Shown: positions 28,183 to 38,367, counted from the stretch's first letter. The stretch: DNA of 64,000 nucleotides from an uncultured archaeon (GCA_964558645.1 CAZLEV010000007.1:96001-160000); one strand, 5' to 3'. Notes: generated from the letters alone by a model not told the origin. Made by a program: numbers and translations.

Positions 28183-28926
28183 ATGGCTAAGAAGAAGTTT
28201 GCAAGAGACCTTGATACCCTAATTGACAGAATAAGACCGAGCATCTCGGCAGACCATCTTGATAATCTGTACGAGGTTCGTGATCGTCTTGTCGAACTGA
28301 GTCGCAGGGGCTTGGCAAAGGTCAACCACAGTGTGATGCAGGTTCTATGTGCTAAGCATCTCATTGAGGAGGGCTACGAAGTTAGAGTGGAGTATTCTCT
28401 TAACGGTGGGAGCTTGACAGCTGACCTATTCGCTGTCAGAGAGAGGATGCTCGGCCTCGGCGAAGACCCAAGAGATGCTATCCTAAGCGAAATGCATGGC
28501 GTTTCGGAAAACGAGGAAACTCTTGTCCTGGAAGTGGAAACTGGATTCGTGCCGCCAAAAGCGGCTCTCAGTCCTGGGAGTTACCGCTCGACAAGAATTG
28601 CTGCCAAGATTGCACGCTATGCCGGGTTCAGTCATCGGTTTAGTCTGGCAACTCCTCACTATCACGTCTTACAGATACCTGATGTCATGTTGCAGCCTGT
28701 CGGTCACCGAGATGAATCTCAGCTTCTCAAGCTCAAGGATCTCTGTGATTCGCAGTACTTCTCCCCACCCGTGTTGTATGATGCGCTTGCGACGTCTGAG
28801 ATACATAGCGTCTTTGTTGTCAACGTTGACGAAACCAAGACACGGGAAGTTGACCCCCAGCAGTACAGATACACTGTCATGCAGGCTGAGGGCATCATCC
28901 AGATGGAAACCGCAACTGGTCTCTGA
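28183..28926 (+). CDS. Conserved archaeal hypothetical protein, restriction-endonuclease-like (PD-(D/E)XK) pattern
   Basis: H...Q...A..L...GYEVRVE...ADLFA...VLEVETG pattern. Confidence 0.65.
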   Translation: MAKKKFARDLDTLIDRIRPSISADHLDNLYEVRDRLVELSRRGLAKVNHSVMQVLCAKHLIEEGYEVRVEYSLNGGSLTADLFAVRERMLGLGEDPRDAILSEMHGVSENEETLVLEVETGFVPPKAALSPGSYRSTRIAAKIARYAGFSHRFSLATPHYHVLQIPDVMLQPVGHRDESQLLKLKDLCDSQYFSPPVLYDALATSEIHSVFVVNVDETKTREVDPQQYRYTVMQAEGIIQMETATGL

Positions 28927-28989
28927 CATGCAAATGGAATGATTCCTCTGGTATTGTATGAAATGGTGAGATGGAGTAGAGATATAGCT

Positions 28990-29280
28990 CTAGCCGCCGC
29001 CAGCAAAGATTGGAAGAAGGTCGATCTGGTCGCCATCGTTCAGAACCGTGTCCAGTCCTTGCATCCGGAGAATAGGGACATCGTTAATGTTCACCATAAC
29101 ATCCCCGCTTATCTTCTCTCCTTCGGGATCGTAAATGTACGTCTTGAAGACCTCGCTGTGCTTCTCAATGAGACGGTAGAAGAGGTCTCTCACTCTGGCT
29201 CCGTTGGCGAGTTCGACAGAATCACTAGTCGTTGCCATCTTTGATGCAAGCAATCCAAAATAGTTGATGACAATGCTCAT
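28990..29280 (-). CDS. MoaD/ThiS/SAMP ubiquitin-like protein
   Basis: 96 aa; YFG..., VNIND, LNDGDQIDLLPIFAGGG C-terminus. Confidence 0.9.
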   Translation of the reverse strand: MSIVINYFGLLASKMATTSDSVELANGARVRDLFYRLIEKHSEVFKTYIYDPEGEKISGDVMVNINDVPILRMQGLDTVLNDGDQIDLLPIFAGGG

Positions 29281-29344
29281 CGAATCACCCAGGTACTAGG
29301 TGTGTTAATCCAAATTGTTTTTCAACATTTCGACTGTAGCATCA

Positions 29345-30439
29345 TCATCGGGGGGGTTCTATCTTATCTGTTCCTCTCATGACAAGGTCTGCAATCACGA
29401 CTGCAGCAAGACATTCGACAACTGGCACCGCTCTCGGAACTATGCAGGGATCATGCCGACCTTTTATACGAATCTCTGTGTTCTGTCCAGTTTCAAGATT
29501 CACTGTGCTTTGCGGCCCTGCGATGGAAGGTGTAGGCTTGAAAGCCAACCTGAATACAATTGGCTGACCATTTGAAATTCCACCGAGGATTCCACCAGCG
29601 TCGTTCTTGAGTAATATCACTTTCCCGTTCTGGATTGCAAGAGGATCGTTGTTTTGGGAACCTTGACTGGCTGCACTGGAGAAACCCGCCCCGAACTCGA
29701 TACCCTTTGCTCCGGGAATAGCAAACATCGCTTGGCTCACTACGCTCTCTATGGATCCGAAGAGAGGCTCACCCACGCCGACTGGAACACCCAGGATTCG
29801 GCATTCGATAATGCCGCCGATCGAATCTCCTTGACGCTTCACCCTCGCAATCTCCTTGGCCATTTCAAACGAGATTTTGTGGTCGGCACACCTGACCGCA
29901 TTAGCATATGTTTGGGATCTGATTTCTTGATTAGTAGCCGGTGTATGGATTTTCACGTTACCAACTTGGACGACATGTGCAATCACCTCGATTCCAGCCC
30001 CTGCAAGCAGCTGCTTCGCAACGCTTCCGGCAGCAACCAGTGCAGCCGTCATTCTTCCTGAGAATACGCCGCTACCACGGTAGTCATTCTTTCCGTTGTA
30101 TTTAATTCGGGCAGTATAATCGGCGGTACCTGGCCGAGGGGTGTCCTTAAGATTGTCATAATGTGACGAGTTCGCGTCTGTATTGGGAATCGTCATGACC
30201 AAGGGGGCCTCCGTCGTCATCCCGTCAAACAGGCCGCTCAATACTGATATGGAGTCCATTTCTCTTCTTGCAGAGGTCAGCTTTCCTTGGCCTGGCCTTC
30301 GATGGTCTAAATCACTTTGGATGGCTTCCAAGTCAATGCCAAATCCCGGTGGACACCCTTCTATGATGACACCAACGCAATTTCCATGCGACTCTCCGAA
30401 GACATGTATCTTGAACTTCTGGCCGAATGTGAATGTCAT
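29345..30439 (-). CDS. aroC: Chorismate synthase
   Basis: GESHG, RRPGQ, PRPGTAD, SGRMTA, GGILGGISNG, FKPTPSI and GRHDPC motifs. Confidence 0.96.
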   Translation of the reverse strand: MTFTFGQKFKIHVFGESHGNCVGVIIEGCPPGFGIDLEAIQSDLDHRRPGQGKLTSARREMDSISVLSGLFDGMTTEAPLVMTIPNTDANSSHYDNLKDTPRPGTADYTARIKYNGKNDYRGSGVFSGRMTAALVAAGSVAKQLLAGAGIEVIAHVVQVGNVKIHTPATNQEIRSQTYANAVRCADHKISFEMAKEIARVKRQGDSIGGIIECRILGVPVGVGEPLFGSIESVVSQAMFAIPGAKGIEFGAGFSSAASQGSQNNDPLAIQNGKVILLKNDAGGILGGISNGQPIVFRLAFKPTPSIAGPQSTVNLETGQNTEIRIKGRHDPCIVPRAVPVVECLAAVVIADLVMRGTDKIEPPR

Positions 30440-31740
30440 ATCTTTCCTCCTGACAGTGTGTAGTTATTTGCGAGCTCAATTCTCCCTCCAAGAGTCTGAA
30501 TGTCTCGGATGAAGTTGGGATAGCTCTTGCTTATGCATTCTACACCTTCTACCACGGTGTTTCCGTCAGCAATCATACCTGCAAGAATGCAAGTCATCGC
30601 TATGCGATGATCGTTGTGGGAGTCAAGCGTGGCCCCCTTAAGCGTCGTGGGTCCTCTAATCTCAAGACCATCATCATTGATACTGATGTTAGCTCCCATT
30701 TTCCGGAGTTCAATGGAGATAGAAGCCAAGCGATTGCTTTCCTTGTAACGCAGCCTTGCCGCATTGTAGATTCGAGTTGTCCCATGCGCTTGAGTTGCAG
30801 CCAGGGTCAACACAGGGACAATATCTGGTGTTTGGCTCACGTCGATTGCGAGAGCCCGTAATTCTGAAAGACCAGTGGAGATGCTACGTCCTGTGTTTCT
30901 TACTGAAGCACCCATTTCATTGAGAATGTTGATGATATGGGCATCGCCCTGTTTCGAATCGCGTTTCAATCCAGTTACTCTGACATTCCCCCCTAGTGCT
31001 CCAGCGACCATCAAGAACGCTGCAGATGAATAATCACCTTCGACGTCAAACTCGTCTGAGTGGTACTCCTGGTTTCCAGGCATATGGATGTATTTCCAAT
31101 TATCTGCTGCTTCGGAATAGACTCCAAAATGTGCCATCGTTTCAAGTGTAAGTTCGACGTAGGGCTTGGACGCCAACTCTGTTGTGATTTCTAGTGTTGT
31201 GTCTCCGACAGCCTTAGAGCATGCAAAGAGGAGGCCTGAGATGTACTGAGACGAAACATCCCCACGAATCCTGACAGAGCCTCCTCTCAGAAGTCCTCCG
31301 TGGACTTCTACGGGGGGCCGCCCGTTCGAGTTGATTGACTTCGCGTTTACGCCCAGTTGACGCAGACCGGAAACGAGATGTTTGATGGGTCTTCTGGACA
31401 GAGTCTTATCTCCTGTCAACACACATCTTCCATCTGCTAAGGCAGAAAGTGCAGTGAAGATCCTAAGAGTGGTGCCGGATGCCCGGCAATGCATTTCCGA
31501 GGCAGGAGCACGTAGTCTATTCGGCCCAGTTATCTCCGTGGTGATGCCCCTGCGAATATCTGCGCCCATCATGCTCGCGTTCTGTAGTGTGACTTCGGTA
31601 TCGTCGCACAACAGAGGGTTGTTGATTCGTGTCGTTTCTGGAGAGAGAAGTCCGCATACAATAGCTCGATGTGTATGACTCTTTGACGGCGGAGTGCAGA
31701 CAGTTCCGTCAACTTCAGAATTCCAGACATTTGCCCTCAG
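30436..31740 (-). CDS. aroA: EPSP synthase (3-phosphoshikimate 1-carboxyvinyltransferase); start inferred at CTG 31740
   Basis: SGTTLR, SSQYISG, GDYSSAAF, LRYKESNR, DHRIAM and SYPNF motifs. The N-terminal PPSKSHTHRA motif lies upstream of the ORF-track start in the same frame. Confidence 0.93.
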   Translation of the reverse strand: MRANVWNSEVDGTVCTPPSKSHTHRAIVCGLLSPETTRINNPLLCDDTEVTLQNASMMGADIRRGITTEITGPNRLRAPASEMHCRASGTTLRIFTALSALADGRCVLTGDKTLSRRPIKHLVSGLRQLGVNAKSINSNGRPPVEVHGGLLRGGSVRIRGDVSSQYISGLLFACSKAVGDTTLEITTELASKPYVELTLETMAHFGVYSEAADNWKYIHMPGNQEYHSDEFDVEGDYSSAAFLMVAGALGGNVRVTGLKRDSKQGDAHIINILNEMGASVRNTGRSISTGLSELRALAIDVSQTPDIVPVLTLAATQAHGTTRIYNAARLRYKESNRLASISIELRKMGANISINDDGLEIRGPTTLKGATLDSHNDHRIAMTCILAGMIADGNTVVEGVECISKSYPNFIRDIQTLGGRIELANNYTLSGGKI

Positions 31741-32258
31741 AGTCCAAGCCTCCTTCGAATATGATCTACAGTTTCACTCACACCCATTGTGTCCGTACAG
31801 ACTTCTATGTCCTTGATGGCATCGTACAACCTACTTCTCTTTGCGAGAAGCTGTTTCACCTGCTCTATGCGTTTAGTTTCGTCCTCAGGCAAGAGCGGGC
31901 GGAGCTCAGAGGACCTAGCCCTTGCAGCGATTGTGGCAACAGACGCCCTCAAAAGAACAACCTGTGTGCGCTTGCTTATGATTTCGGAACTAGAAGGATA
32001 TAGGAGTGCCCCACCACCAAAACTGATGACAGCGGAGTTGATTTGGCACACATCCCTTACAACTCTCGCCTCAATCTCTCGAAAAGCCATTTCGCCAGAT
32101 TCCGAAAAGATCTCACTAATGGATTTGCCTTCTTGGTGTTCGATTATCTGATCAGTATCACGAAATTCTCTCCCCAAGCTTGCGGCTAGTGCCTTGCCTA
32201 TAGTGGTCTTCCCAGTAGCCATGAATCCAATCAGTCCGATGTTCGTCATACAATCCAC
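31737..32258 (-). CDS. aroK: Shikimate kinase, P-loop (bacterial AroK) type
   Basis: GFMATGKTT, DTD, GEMAFREIE, SFGGG, RPLL and R..LY motifs. Confidence 0.93.
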   Translation of the reverse strand: MDCMTNIGLIGFMATGKTTIGKALAASLGREFRDTDQIIEHQEGKSISEIFSESGEMAFREIEARVVRDVCQINSAVISFGGGALLYPSSSEIISKRTQVVLLRASVATIAARARSSELRPLLPEDETKRIEQVKQLLAKRSRLYDAIKDIEVCTDTMGVSETVDHIRRRLGL

Positions 32259-33109
32259 TAACTGTTTCCCCCTTTCAGGGCTTTGAGCACTGCCTTCTTC
32301 ATAACATTGATTGGTGCCTTCTTACCGGTCCAAATCTCGAAAGAAGCGGCTCCTTGTTGCACAAGCATAGTCAACCCATTGATGGTCTTACATCCAGATT
32401 CCTGTGCCTTTCTAAGAAGCTGAGTGCGCAGAGGGTTGTAAATTAGATCCATGACAATGTCAACTCTCGAAAGCACCTCTGCAGGAATCGGGGTATTGTC
32501 ACTAGAATGCCCTGTCATTCCAACAGGAGTACAGTTTACCAGAAGACTTGATTCCGCAAGTTTGTTCTCAATTCTTTCTAGATTATGGCACTTCACTTCA
32601 GTTCTACTTCGCATTCGAACCAGATTTGCCAGACTCCTGGCCTTTGGTAGTGACCTATTGAAGATGGTCAGCTCCTTCAACCCGGACCTGGCTAACGAAA
32701 ATGAAACAGCTCTTGCAGCTCCACCGGCACCAATCAGTGTTGCCTTCTTGGTTTGAAGACTCACATCCGCCTCTTCAATCGCTCTCTCAAAGCCCCTCAC
32801 ATCTGTATTGCATCCCACAACTGTCCCTTTCTCTCGATAGAGCGTGTTTACAGAACCCACAGCAAATCCGATATTCGAAACAACCGGGACATGTTCTATG
32901 ATTCTCGATTTGTACGGTATTGTGATGTTTGCTCCTTGTAGTTGGCCGGTAAGAATCGACTGGACTAGATCGGGCAGCCGAGCACCTTCCAAGACACAAG
33001 CTCGATACTCAAACTCGTTAGATAATCCCAGTGCAGAAAAAGCTGCATTATGCATTACCGGACTCATTGAATGCTCCAGCGGATATCCCACAACAACGAA
33101 TCTTTTCAC
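32258..33109 (-). CDS. aroE: Shikimate dehydrogenase
   Basis: HSMSP.MHN, NITIPYK, VNT, NTD, GAGGAARA, NCTPVGM, DLIYNP and GLTMLVQQG motifs. Confidence 0.95.
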   Translation of the reverse strand: MKRFVVVGYPLEHSMSPVMHNAAFSALGLSNEFEYRACVLEGARLPDLVQSILTGQLQGANITIPYKSRIIEHVPVVSNIGFAVGSVNTLYREKGTVVGCNTDVRGFERAIEEADVSLQTKKATLIGAGGAARAVSFSLARSGLKELTIFNRSLPKARSLANLVRMRSRTEVKCHNLERIENKLAESSLLVNCTPVGMTGHSSDNTPIPAEVLSRVDIVMDLIYNPLRTQLLRKAQESGCKTINGLTMLVQQGAASFEIWTGKKAPINVMKKAVLKALKGGNS

Positions 33110-33795
33110 AGGAGCACCTTCACAATTTTTCTCATCTGTGACAGGCTCATCTGGCCTGGAGCTGCTCGCCTTTGATTGTCCATAGAAACATACATGAATG
33201 GGGCACCCATGAGCAACGCATAGAGCCTACTGAGTCGCCCGAGGCGCCCCATTGCGAATGCAATCAGCGAATGTCGATTGTTGTGTTCAGCATCGTAGAG
33301 ATGCATGATTCTTCGACAGTCATCGATTGAACTAGGGGTAGTCACTATCTTAATAATGTCCGGATTTTGGATCAGCATACGGTCCCGCATCGAGGCAAGT
33401 TCACAATACTCAGGAGTGAAACTTTGATAGTGTTTTGATGCAATCAAGCGGCGATTGAGAGATTTAGCTCTCTTTTTGACGCGTTCAAACAACTCTGCCT
33501 CAGTTTCCACCTCGACATCCACATATGAAGCGCCGGCATCTATGCCCTCAAGTAAGTGCCCAATCCGATCCTGCTCGCTACCTTTGTAATGGCCGCCATT
33601 CCCTAAAGATCTGCAAGTGGCAATAATCGGGGCACTGGATGCACCGTATATCTCATCTAAGTCTTCAATCTTGCACATAAAGTCCATTCGATGTTCGATC
33701 AGCTCTGCGTCACATGCTCTTACAAACTCGATGCACCTAGGTGCGTTTTCTGCCGTCATTGATACACAAAGTTTCATCGTCATCTCCCTATTCAC
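33106..33795 (-). CDS. aroD: Type I 3-dehydroquinate dehydratase
   Basis: EHRMD, IATCR...GG, YVDVE, SKH, IIKIV, AMG..G.LSR and APGQ motifs. Confidence 0.93.
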   Translation of the reverse strand: MNREMTMKLCVSMTAENAPRCIEFVRACDAELIEHRMDFMCKIEDLDEIYGASSAPIIATCRSLGNGGHYKGSEQDRIGHLLEGIDAGASYVDVEVETEAELFERVKKRAKSLNRRLIASKHYQSFTPEYCELASMRDRMLIQNPDIIKIVTTPSSIDDCRRIMHLYDAEHNNRHSLIAFAMGRLGRLSRLYALLMGAPFMYVSMDNQRRAAPGQMSLSQMRKIVKVLL

Positions 33796-34880
33796 TCCTC
33801 AGTGTGGATATCGCCGCCAGAAACAGTGGTTCCTAGTGCAACTAGCTGAGTTCTTCTTTCTGCAGGAAGTCTGAAGCGTTGAGGCATCATCTCGCGTCGA
33901 GCAATGTCTGTCATGAATTCTCGAAACATGACAGGAGTGAGTGACTGGGGTCCATCAACCAAAGCCTCCGTCGGATTCGGGTGAACTTCTATCATGACTC
34001 CATCAGCTCCAACAGCAAAACCCGCTCTAGCAAGAGGAATTACCAGGTTTCGCTTTCCAGCCGCATGACTGGGGTCAACAATCACCGGTAGGTGTGTCAG
34101 ACTCCTCAATTCGGGAATAGCACACAAATCCAGTGTGAACCTGCTATACTGATTGTACGTCCTCATTCCTCGTTCGCACAGTATTACCTGATTATTTCCT
34201 TCTGCCATCACATATTCTGCTGCAGAAAGGAGTTCAGTCAGCGTAGCCCACATACCTCGCTTCAATAAAACGGGTTTACGCGACCGACCTGCACGCTTGA
34301 GTAGAGAGTAGTTCTGCATATTTCTGGCTCCAATTTGAATGATGTCTACTGCTGCCTCTACAGCGGGAAAGCTCTCTGTATCTACGGCCTCAGAAACTAC
34401 GGGAAGACCAGTTCGCCGTCGAGCCTCAGCCAGCAGGCTCAAGCCATGGTTGCCCAGACCCTGGAAAGAATAGGGCGAGGTCCGTGGTTTGAAGGCACCT
34501 CCTCGCAGGATGTCGCCTCCGCATTCTTTTACCAACTGAGCCGCTTCTATCATCTGATCCATGGATTCAACACTGCACGGTCCTGCAATGACCACAGGTC
34601 GTTTACCCCCAATCTCACATCCACCTACTTCTACTACAGTTCTTTCAGGATGCACTTCAATGTCTGCTAATCTATATGGTTTAGTTACACGAATGACTCT
34701 CATTACACCGGGCATTCCCGTGAAAGAGGAAACGTCTTGTACTCTCACATCTCCTGTGACGTTTATCACGGTTCGACTAATCCCGGGATTGACATGGCTC
34801 TTATAGCCCAGTTTCTCGATTCTTTCCAGGACTTCCGTCATTTGTTCGTGTGTTGCATTTGCGTACAGTATTACCAGCAT
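33792..34880 (-). CDS. aroF: DAHP synthase type I-beta with N-terminal ACT-like regulatory domain
   Basis: IAGPCSVES, FKPRTSPYSFQG, QIGARNMQN, LCERG, DPSH and EVHP motifs; about 65-aa N-terminal domain. Confidence 0.95.
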   Translation of the reverse strand: MLVILYANATHEQMTEVLERIEKLGYKSHVNPGISRTVINVTGDVRVQDVSSFTGMPGVMRVIRVTKPYRLADIEVHPERTVVEVGGCEIGGKRPVVIAGPCSVESMDQMIEAAQLVKECGGDILRGGAFKPRTSPYSFQGLGNHGLSLLAEARRRTGLPVVSEAVDTESFPAVEAAVDIIQIGARNMQNYSLLKRAGRSRKPVLLKRGMWATLTELLSAAEYVMAEGNNQVILCERGMRTYNQYSRFTLDLCAIPELRSLTHLPVIVDPSHAAGKRNLVIPLARAGFAVGADGVMIEVHPNPTEALVDGPQSLTPVMFREFMTDIARREMMPQRFRLPAERRTQLVALGTTVSGGDIHTEE

Positions 34881-34882
34881 TG

Positions 34883-35962
34883 TTATTCCATCCTTCTATT
34901 CGGTATCAAAGATCCCCCATCAACCATCATCATCTTGGTCCGTCCTATGTCAACGAGTACGGGAACCCTGAGCTTATCTCGCCTGATTTTCTTGTCTTGT
35001 CGAATGGCTAACTCCATCTCGTCTGCATCGAAGGTAGGGGGTATCTCGGTAGGCAGCTCAAACATCGATAGAGTAGTAATCAGCAGTTCAAGTGAATCAG
35101 TATCAAACAGGCCCAATCTGGCCGCGAAGCGGGCTTCTTCCGCAATTCCAATTGCCACAGCGAATCCGTGCGGGAGTCTGTATCCTGCACAGACTTCTAT
35201 TGCATGACCGACTGTGTGTCCATAGTTGAGAACCTCTCTCTCGCCTTTCTCCTCTCTTTCGTCCTCTTCAACAATCTGCGCCTTAGTCCTCAGGCACTTC
35301 TCAACAACCAATGCGAGTACTTCAGGTGTTCTCGAAAGGATATCCTGCCTATTTCCACGGATAAGCTCGAATAGATCCTTATCCAATGATACCCCATATT
35401 TGATGACTTCCGCAAGACCACTTCTGAATTCGCAAGTAGGCAGAGTCCCGAGAACACAAACGTCGGCAATGACAGCGTGCGGTTGGTAGAATGTCCCTAC
35501 AAGGTTCTTACCATGGGGTAGGTTTACTGCGGTCTTGCCTCCTATGGCGGAGTCTACTTGGGATAGTAGCGTTGTTGGAATCTGTACCAAACGCATTCCA
35601 CGTTTGAATGTTGATGCCACAAAACCCGCCAGATCTCCAATGACGCCTCCCCCAAGTGCGACAACAACATCTGACCGTGCCGCAGTGTTCTTGGCGAAGA
35701 AATCGTAAATTTCCCGTGCTATCTCAAGGGATTTCATAGCCTCTCCCTGTTTGACTGCCTTGGTGAATGACTTGAGTCCTACCTCCTTCATACCTCTTGA
35801 GAGTGGCTCGAGAAGTAACTCTGCTACGGTATCGTCAGTCAAGATAAAGGCTCTATCCCCTAAGTCAGCAATGAACTCACTGGCATTCTCTACTAGGTCC
35901 TGGCCGACAATGACCGGGTAGCTCCTACTTGTCGCTGTTACATCAAAAGTAGTATATTTCAT
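34883..35962 (-). CDS. aroB: 3-dehydroquinate synthase
   Basis: GGGVIGDLAGF, PTTLLSQVDSAIGGKTAVN, GLAEVIKYG, LNYGHTVGHA and HG.AVA motifs. Confidence 0.96.
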   Translation of the reverse strand: MKYTTFDVTATSRSYPVIVGQDLVENASEFIADLGDRAFILTDDTVAELLLEPLSRGMKEVGLKSFTKAVKQGEAMKSLEIAREIYDFFAKNTAARSDVVVALGGGVIGDLAGFVASTFKRGMRLVQIPTTLLSQVDSAIGGKTAVNLPHGKNLVGTFYQPHAVIADVCVLGTLPTCEFRSGLAEVIKYGVSLDKDLFELIRGNRQDILSRTPEVLALVVEKCLRTKAQIVEEDEREEKGEREVLNYGHTVGHAIEVCAGYRLPHGFAVAIGIAEEARFAARLGLFDTDSLELLITTLSMFELPTEIPPTFDADEMELAIRQDKKIRRDKLRVPVLVDIGRTKMMMVDGGSLIPNRRME

Positions 35963-36843
35963 GGGACCACCTCAGATGTTATCTGATCTTCTAACATGCA
36001 CAGGACGCGATACATGTCGCTATAGCTTTGAGTCAAATCTACAGTCCTTCCGAACTCTGCTTTGATCCCCCTACAAAACTCTCCAAAACCTTCCCCTTCC
36101 CCATTGAGGTCTCTTAGACCTGACGCTGTATGGTCGTGGAACTTCTTCAGAATTTCAAATGCGTGGCTGTTTCGTTTATGTAGGCCCTCATGCAAAGCGC
36201 AAGCATTGAACATCACTCCTCCGGTGAGCATCAGCTGCATCCTGAAGGTCGTCCCTCCTAGTTTCTGTAGAGTGGTTATGTTTTCGTTTCGGAGGACTGA
36301 CGCAATAATCAGATTAACAAAGTAAGGTAGAGAGATCGTGAGGGCCATGATTCTATCATGTTCTTCTGAATCAACAACAATAATCTCAAAATCCGGGAAC
36401 AGACGCCTAGCAGTATCTAATTCCTTGTTCTTGTTGATAAGGGGTATGAGGGCCATCCGCTTCTTCAGAATCTCCGCTCCCTCTCCAAACAATGGATGTA
36501 CACTCAGTAATCTGACACCATGCTGCTTCAGACTGCGTAGTGTTGCTGGTATTCCCGCCTTGATTGAGGAGATCTCACAGAGAACTGCCTCTTTCTTCAT
36601 TCTCGGTATGACTTCTCTAATGACTGCGCCAGTGCTCTCCATCGGAACCGAGATTATGGCCACATCAGCGTTGGATACGGCAGTGGTGTTGTCGTTCACG
36701 ACTCGTATGCCAAGTTCTTTCTCTAAATGCTTGATACTTGGTGCCAACGGGTCTGATACGATTATATTGCTCTTGTATGAGGAGAAGTAGTTGACAAGCA
36801 GCTTCCCCATTCTTCCAGCACCTCCTACTATTGCCACATTCAT
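35959..36843 (-). CDS. tyrA: Prephenate/arogenate dehydrogenase
   Basis: MNVAIVGGAGRMG Rossmann start in an ATGA overlap with the upstream stop; SSIK, HPLFG and HD.IMA motifs. Confidence 0.9.
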   Translation of the reverse strand: MNVAIVGGAGRMGKLLVNYFSSYKSNIIVSDPLAPSIKHLEKELGIRVVNDNTTAVSNADVAIISVPMESTGAVIREVIPRMKKEAVLCEISSIKAGIPATLRSLKQHGVRLLSVHPLFGEGAEILKKRMALIPLINKNKELDTARRLFPDFEIIVVDSEEHDRIMALTISLPYFVNLIIASVLRNENITTLQKLGGTTFRMQLMLTGGVMFNACALHEGLHKRNSHAFEILKKFHDHTASGLRDLNGEGEGFGEFCRGIKAEFGRTVDLTQSYSDMYRVLCMLEDQITSEVVP

Positions 36844-38237
36844 TGCAGAACACCCTCCATGGCCTTTACAGCCCTGACGATGACGTCTTCTGGTTGACAA
36901 ACTGATACTCTGAAGCAGTCTGAGTAGCCTGGACCATACGTTGAGCCGGGAGTGACACACACACCAGTTTCCGCGAGGAGGCGCTCTGCAAACTGAACGC
37001 CGTCCATATCACTCCGAGCTATCCTTGGGAAGACGTAGAAGCCTCCTTGTGGTGGAGCGAAGGACACCGGTAGCCGAGCCAGATGAGCAGATAGAAGGTT
37101 CAGCCTCCTGGTCACGGTCTTCACATGATGGCGTAACTCGTCATCGCAGTCAAGTGCAGCAATGCCTGCATGTTGAATGAATTCTGGGGTGCTGGTGAGG
37201 CACAGATTCTGCAGTTTCGTCATCTCATCGATTGTGTCCTTGTCAGACACAGCATAGCCCAGTCGAAAACCAGTCATTCCATAGCTCTTGGAGAAAGAAT
37301 TCACGTAGATGTGTTTGCTGTTCGTGAATTGAAGTATGCTTGTCGGACGTATGAGTGAGAAATCCGAGTACACTTCATCACTAAGAATAGAAATATCCCG
37401 TGATTCAGCAAGCTCCACAATCTGACTGAATGAGTGCCGTCCAATAACCTGACCTGTAGGATTAGCAGGAGAGTTCAGAATAATCATAGTTGTGGTGCTG
37501 TTTATGGCATCCTCTAACTCACCCAAGTTGGGAATCCAATTATTGTCGATTTGAGTGGAAACGTGGACAGGTGTTGCACCCGTTGCCTTTACAACATCAT
37601 CATAGGCTGGGTACGAAGGATCAAATATAATCACTTCATCTCCTGGACTACTATTTGTGGTAACACCCAAGAAGAGTGCGAATCTTCCGCCTGTGGTGAT
37701 GAGGACCTCATCTGCTGAGATTCTTGTGTTATGCTGCTCGCCGAGATGGTCGGCGACCTTTTTTCGAAGAGCGTAGATACCCGCCGATGCTGTGTATCGA
37801 GTTAGGCCCTGTGAAACAGCTTCCATCATTGCCTTCCTGACTGCATCTGGTGGACCAAAGTCAGGCTCCCCGATTTCAAGATGGGTGATAGGTCGTCCAG
37901 TCTTCTCTAAGGCCTTGGCCTTCTGCCATATGTCGTATGCTGTCAAAGGTGCTGAAGGCCGTATGATTTGGCGCTGAACGTTCTTTGATTCCGCAATCAG
38001 GAAATTCAGCAGTCTCAGAGCGAATCCTTTGTCATGATTGTCAGAATCACATTGATTGACCACCGATATCCTGAGATCACGCTCAACTTCCTTATTCAGC
38101 ACAGGATTTCCGAGCCGTGACTTTGCGTGAGCCACCTCCAAAGCAAGACAAGTACGTTTTCCTGCTAGAGAAACGATCTCCAACGTCAGTTTCTTGATTA
38201 GATTCCTTGTTCCTCGTAGCTTCGCGTTTTCATCCAA
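36840..38237 (-). CDS. Chorismate mutase (AroQ-like) fused to class I/II PLP aminotransferase
   Basis: N-terminal helical domain R..I...R...A...K...E...ESKNVQ, then GEPDF, NSPANPTG, SDEVY and SFSKSYGMTGFRLG. TTG start after GGAGGTG. Confidence 0.88.
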   Translation of the reverse strand: MDENAKLRGTRNLIKKLTLEIVSLAGKRTCLALEVAHAKSRLGNPVLNKEVERDLRISVVNQCDSDNHDKGFALRLLNFLIAESKNVQRQIIRPSAPLTAYDIWQKAKALEKTGRPITHLEIGEPDFGPPDAVRKAMMEAVSQGLTRYTASAGIYALRKKVADHLGEQHNTRISADEVLITTGGRFALFLGVTTNSSPGDEVIIFDPSYPAYDDVVKATGATPVHVSTQIDNNWIPNLGELEDAINSTTTMIILNSPANPTGQVIGRHSFSQIVELAESRDISILSDEVYSDFSLIRPTSILQFTNSKHIYVNSFSKSYGMTGFRLGYAVSDKDTIDEMTKLQNLCLTSTPEFIQHAGIAALDCDDELRHHVKTVTRRLNLLSAHLARLPVSFAPPQGGFYVFPRIARSDMDGVQFAERLLAETGVCVTPGSTYGPGYSDCFRVSVCQPEDVIVRAVKAMEGVLQ

Positions 38238-38367
38238 TATCAGACCACACCTCCAGAAAAGCAAAGCCATACTCTCCGATAAATGACCAATAAACTTGTG
38301 ACCACGCTGGGTATTTCGATAGAATCGGCATTTGGACTTCTGACTTCTATAAACATAAGACACCACC

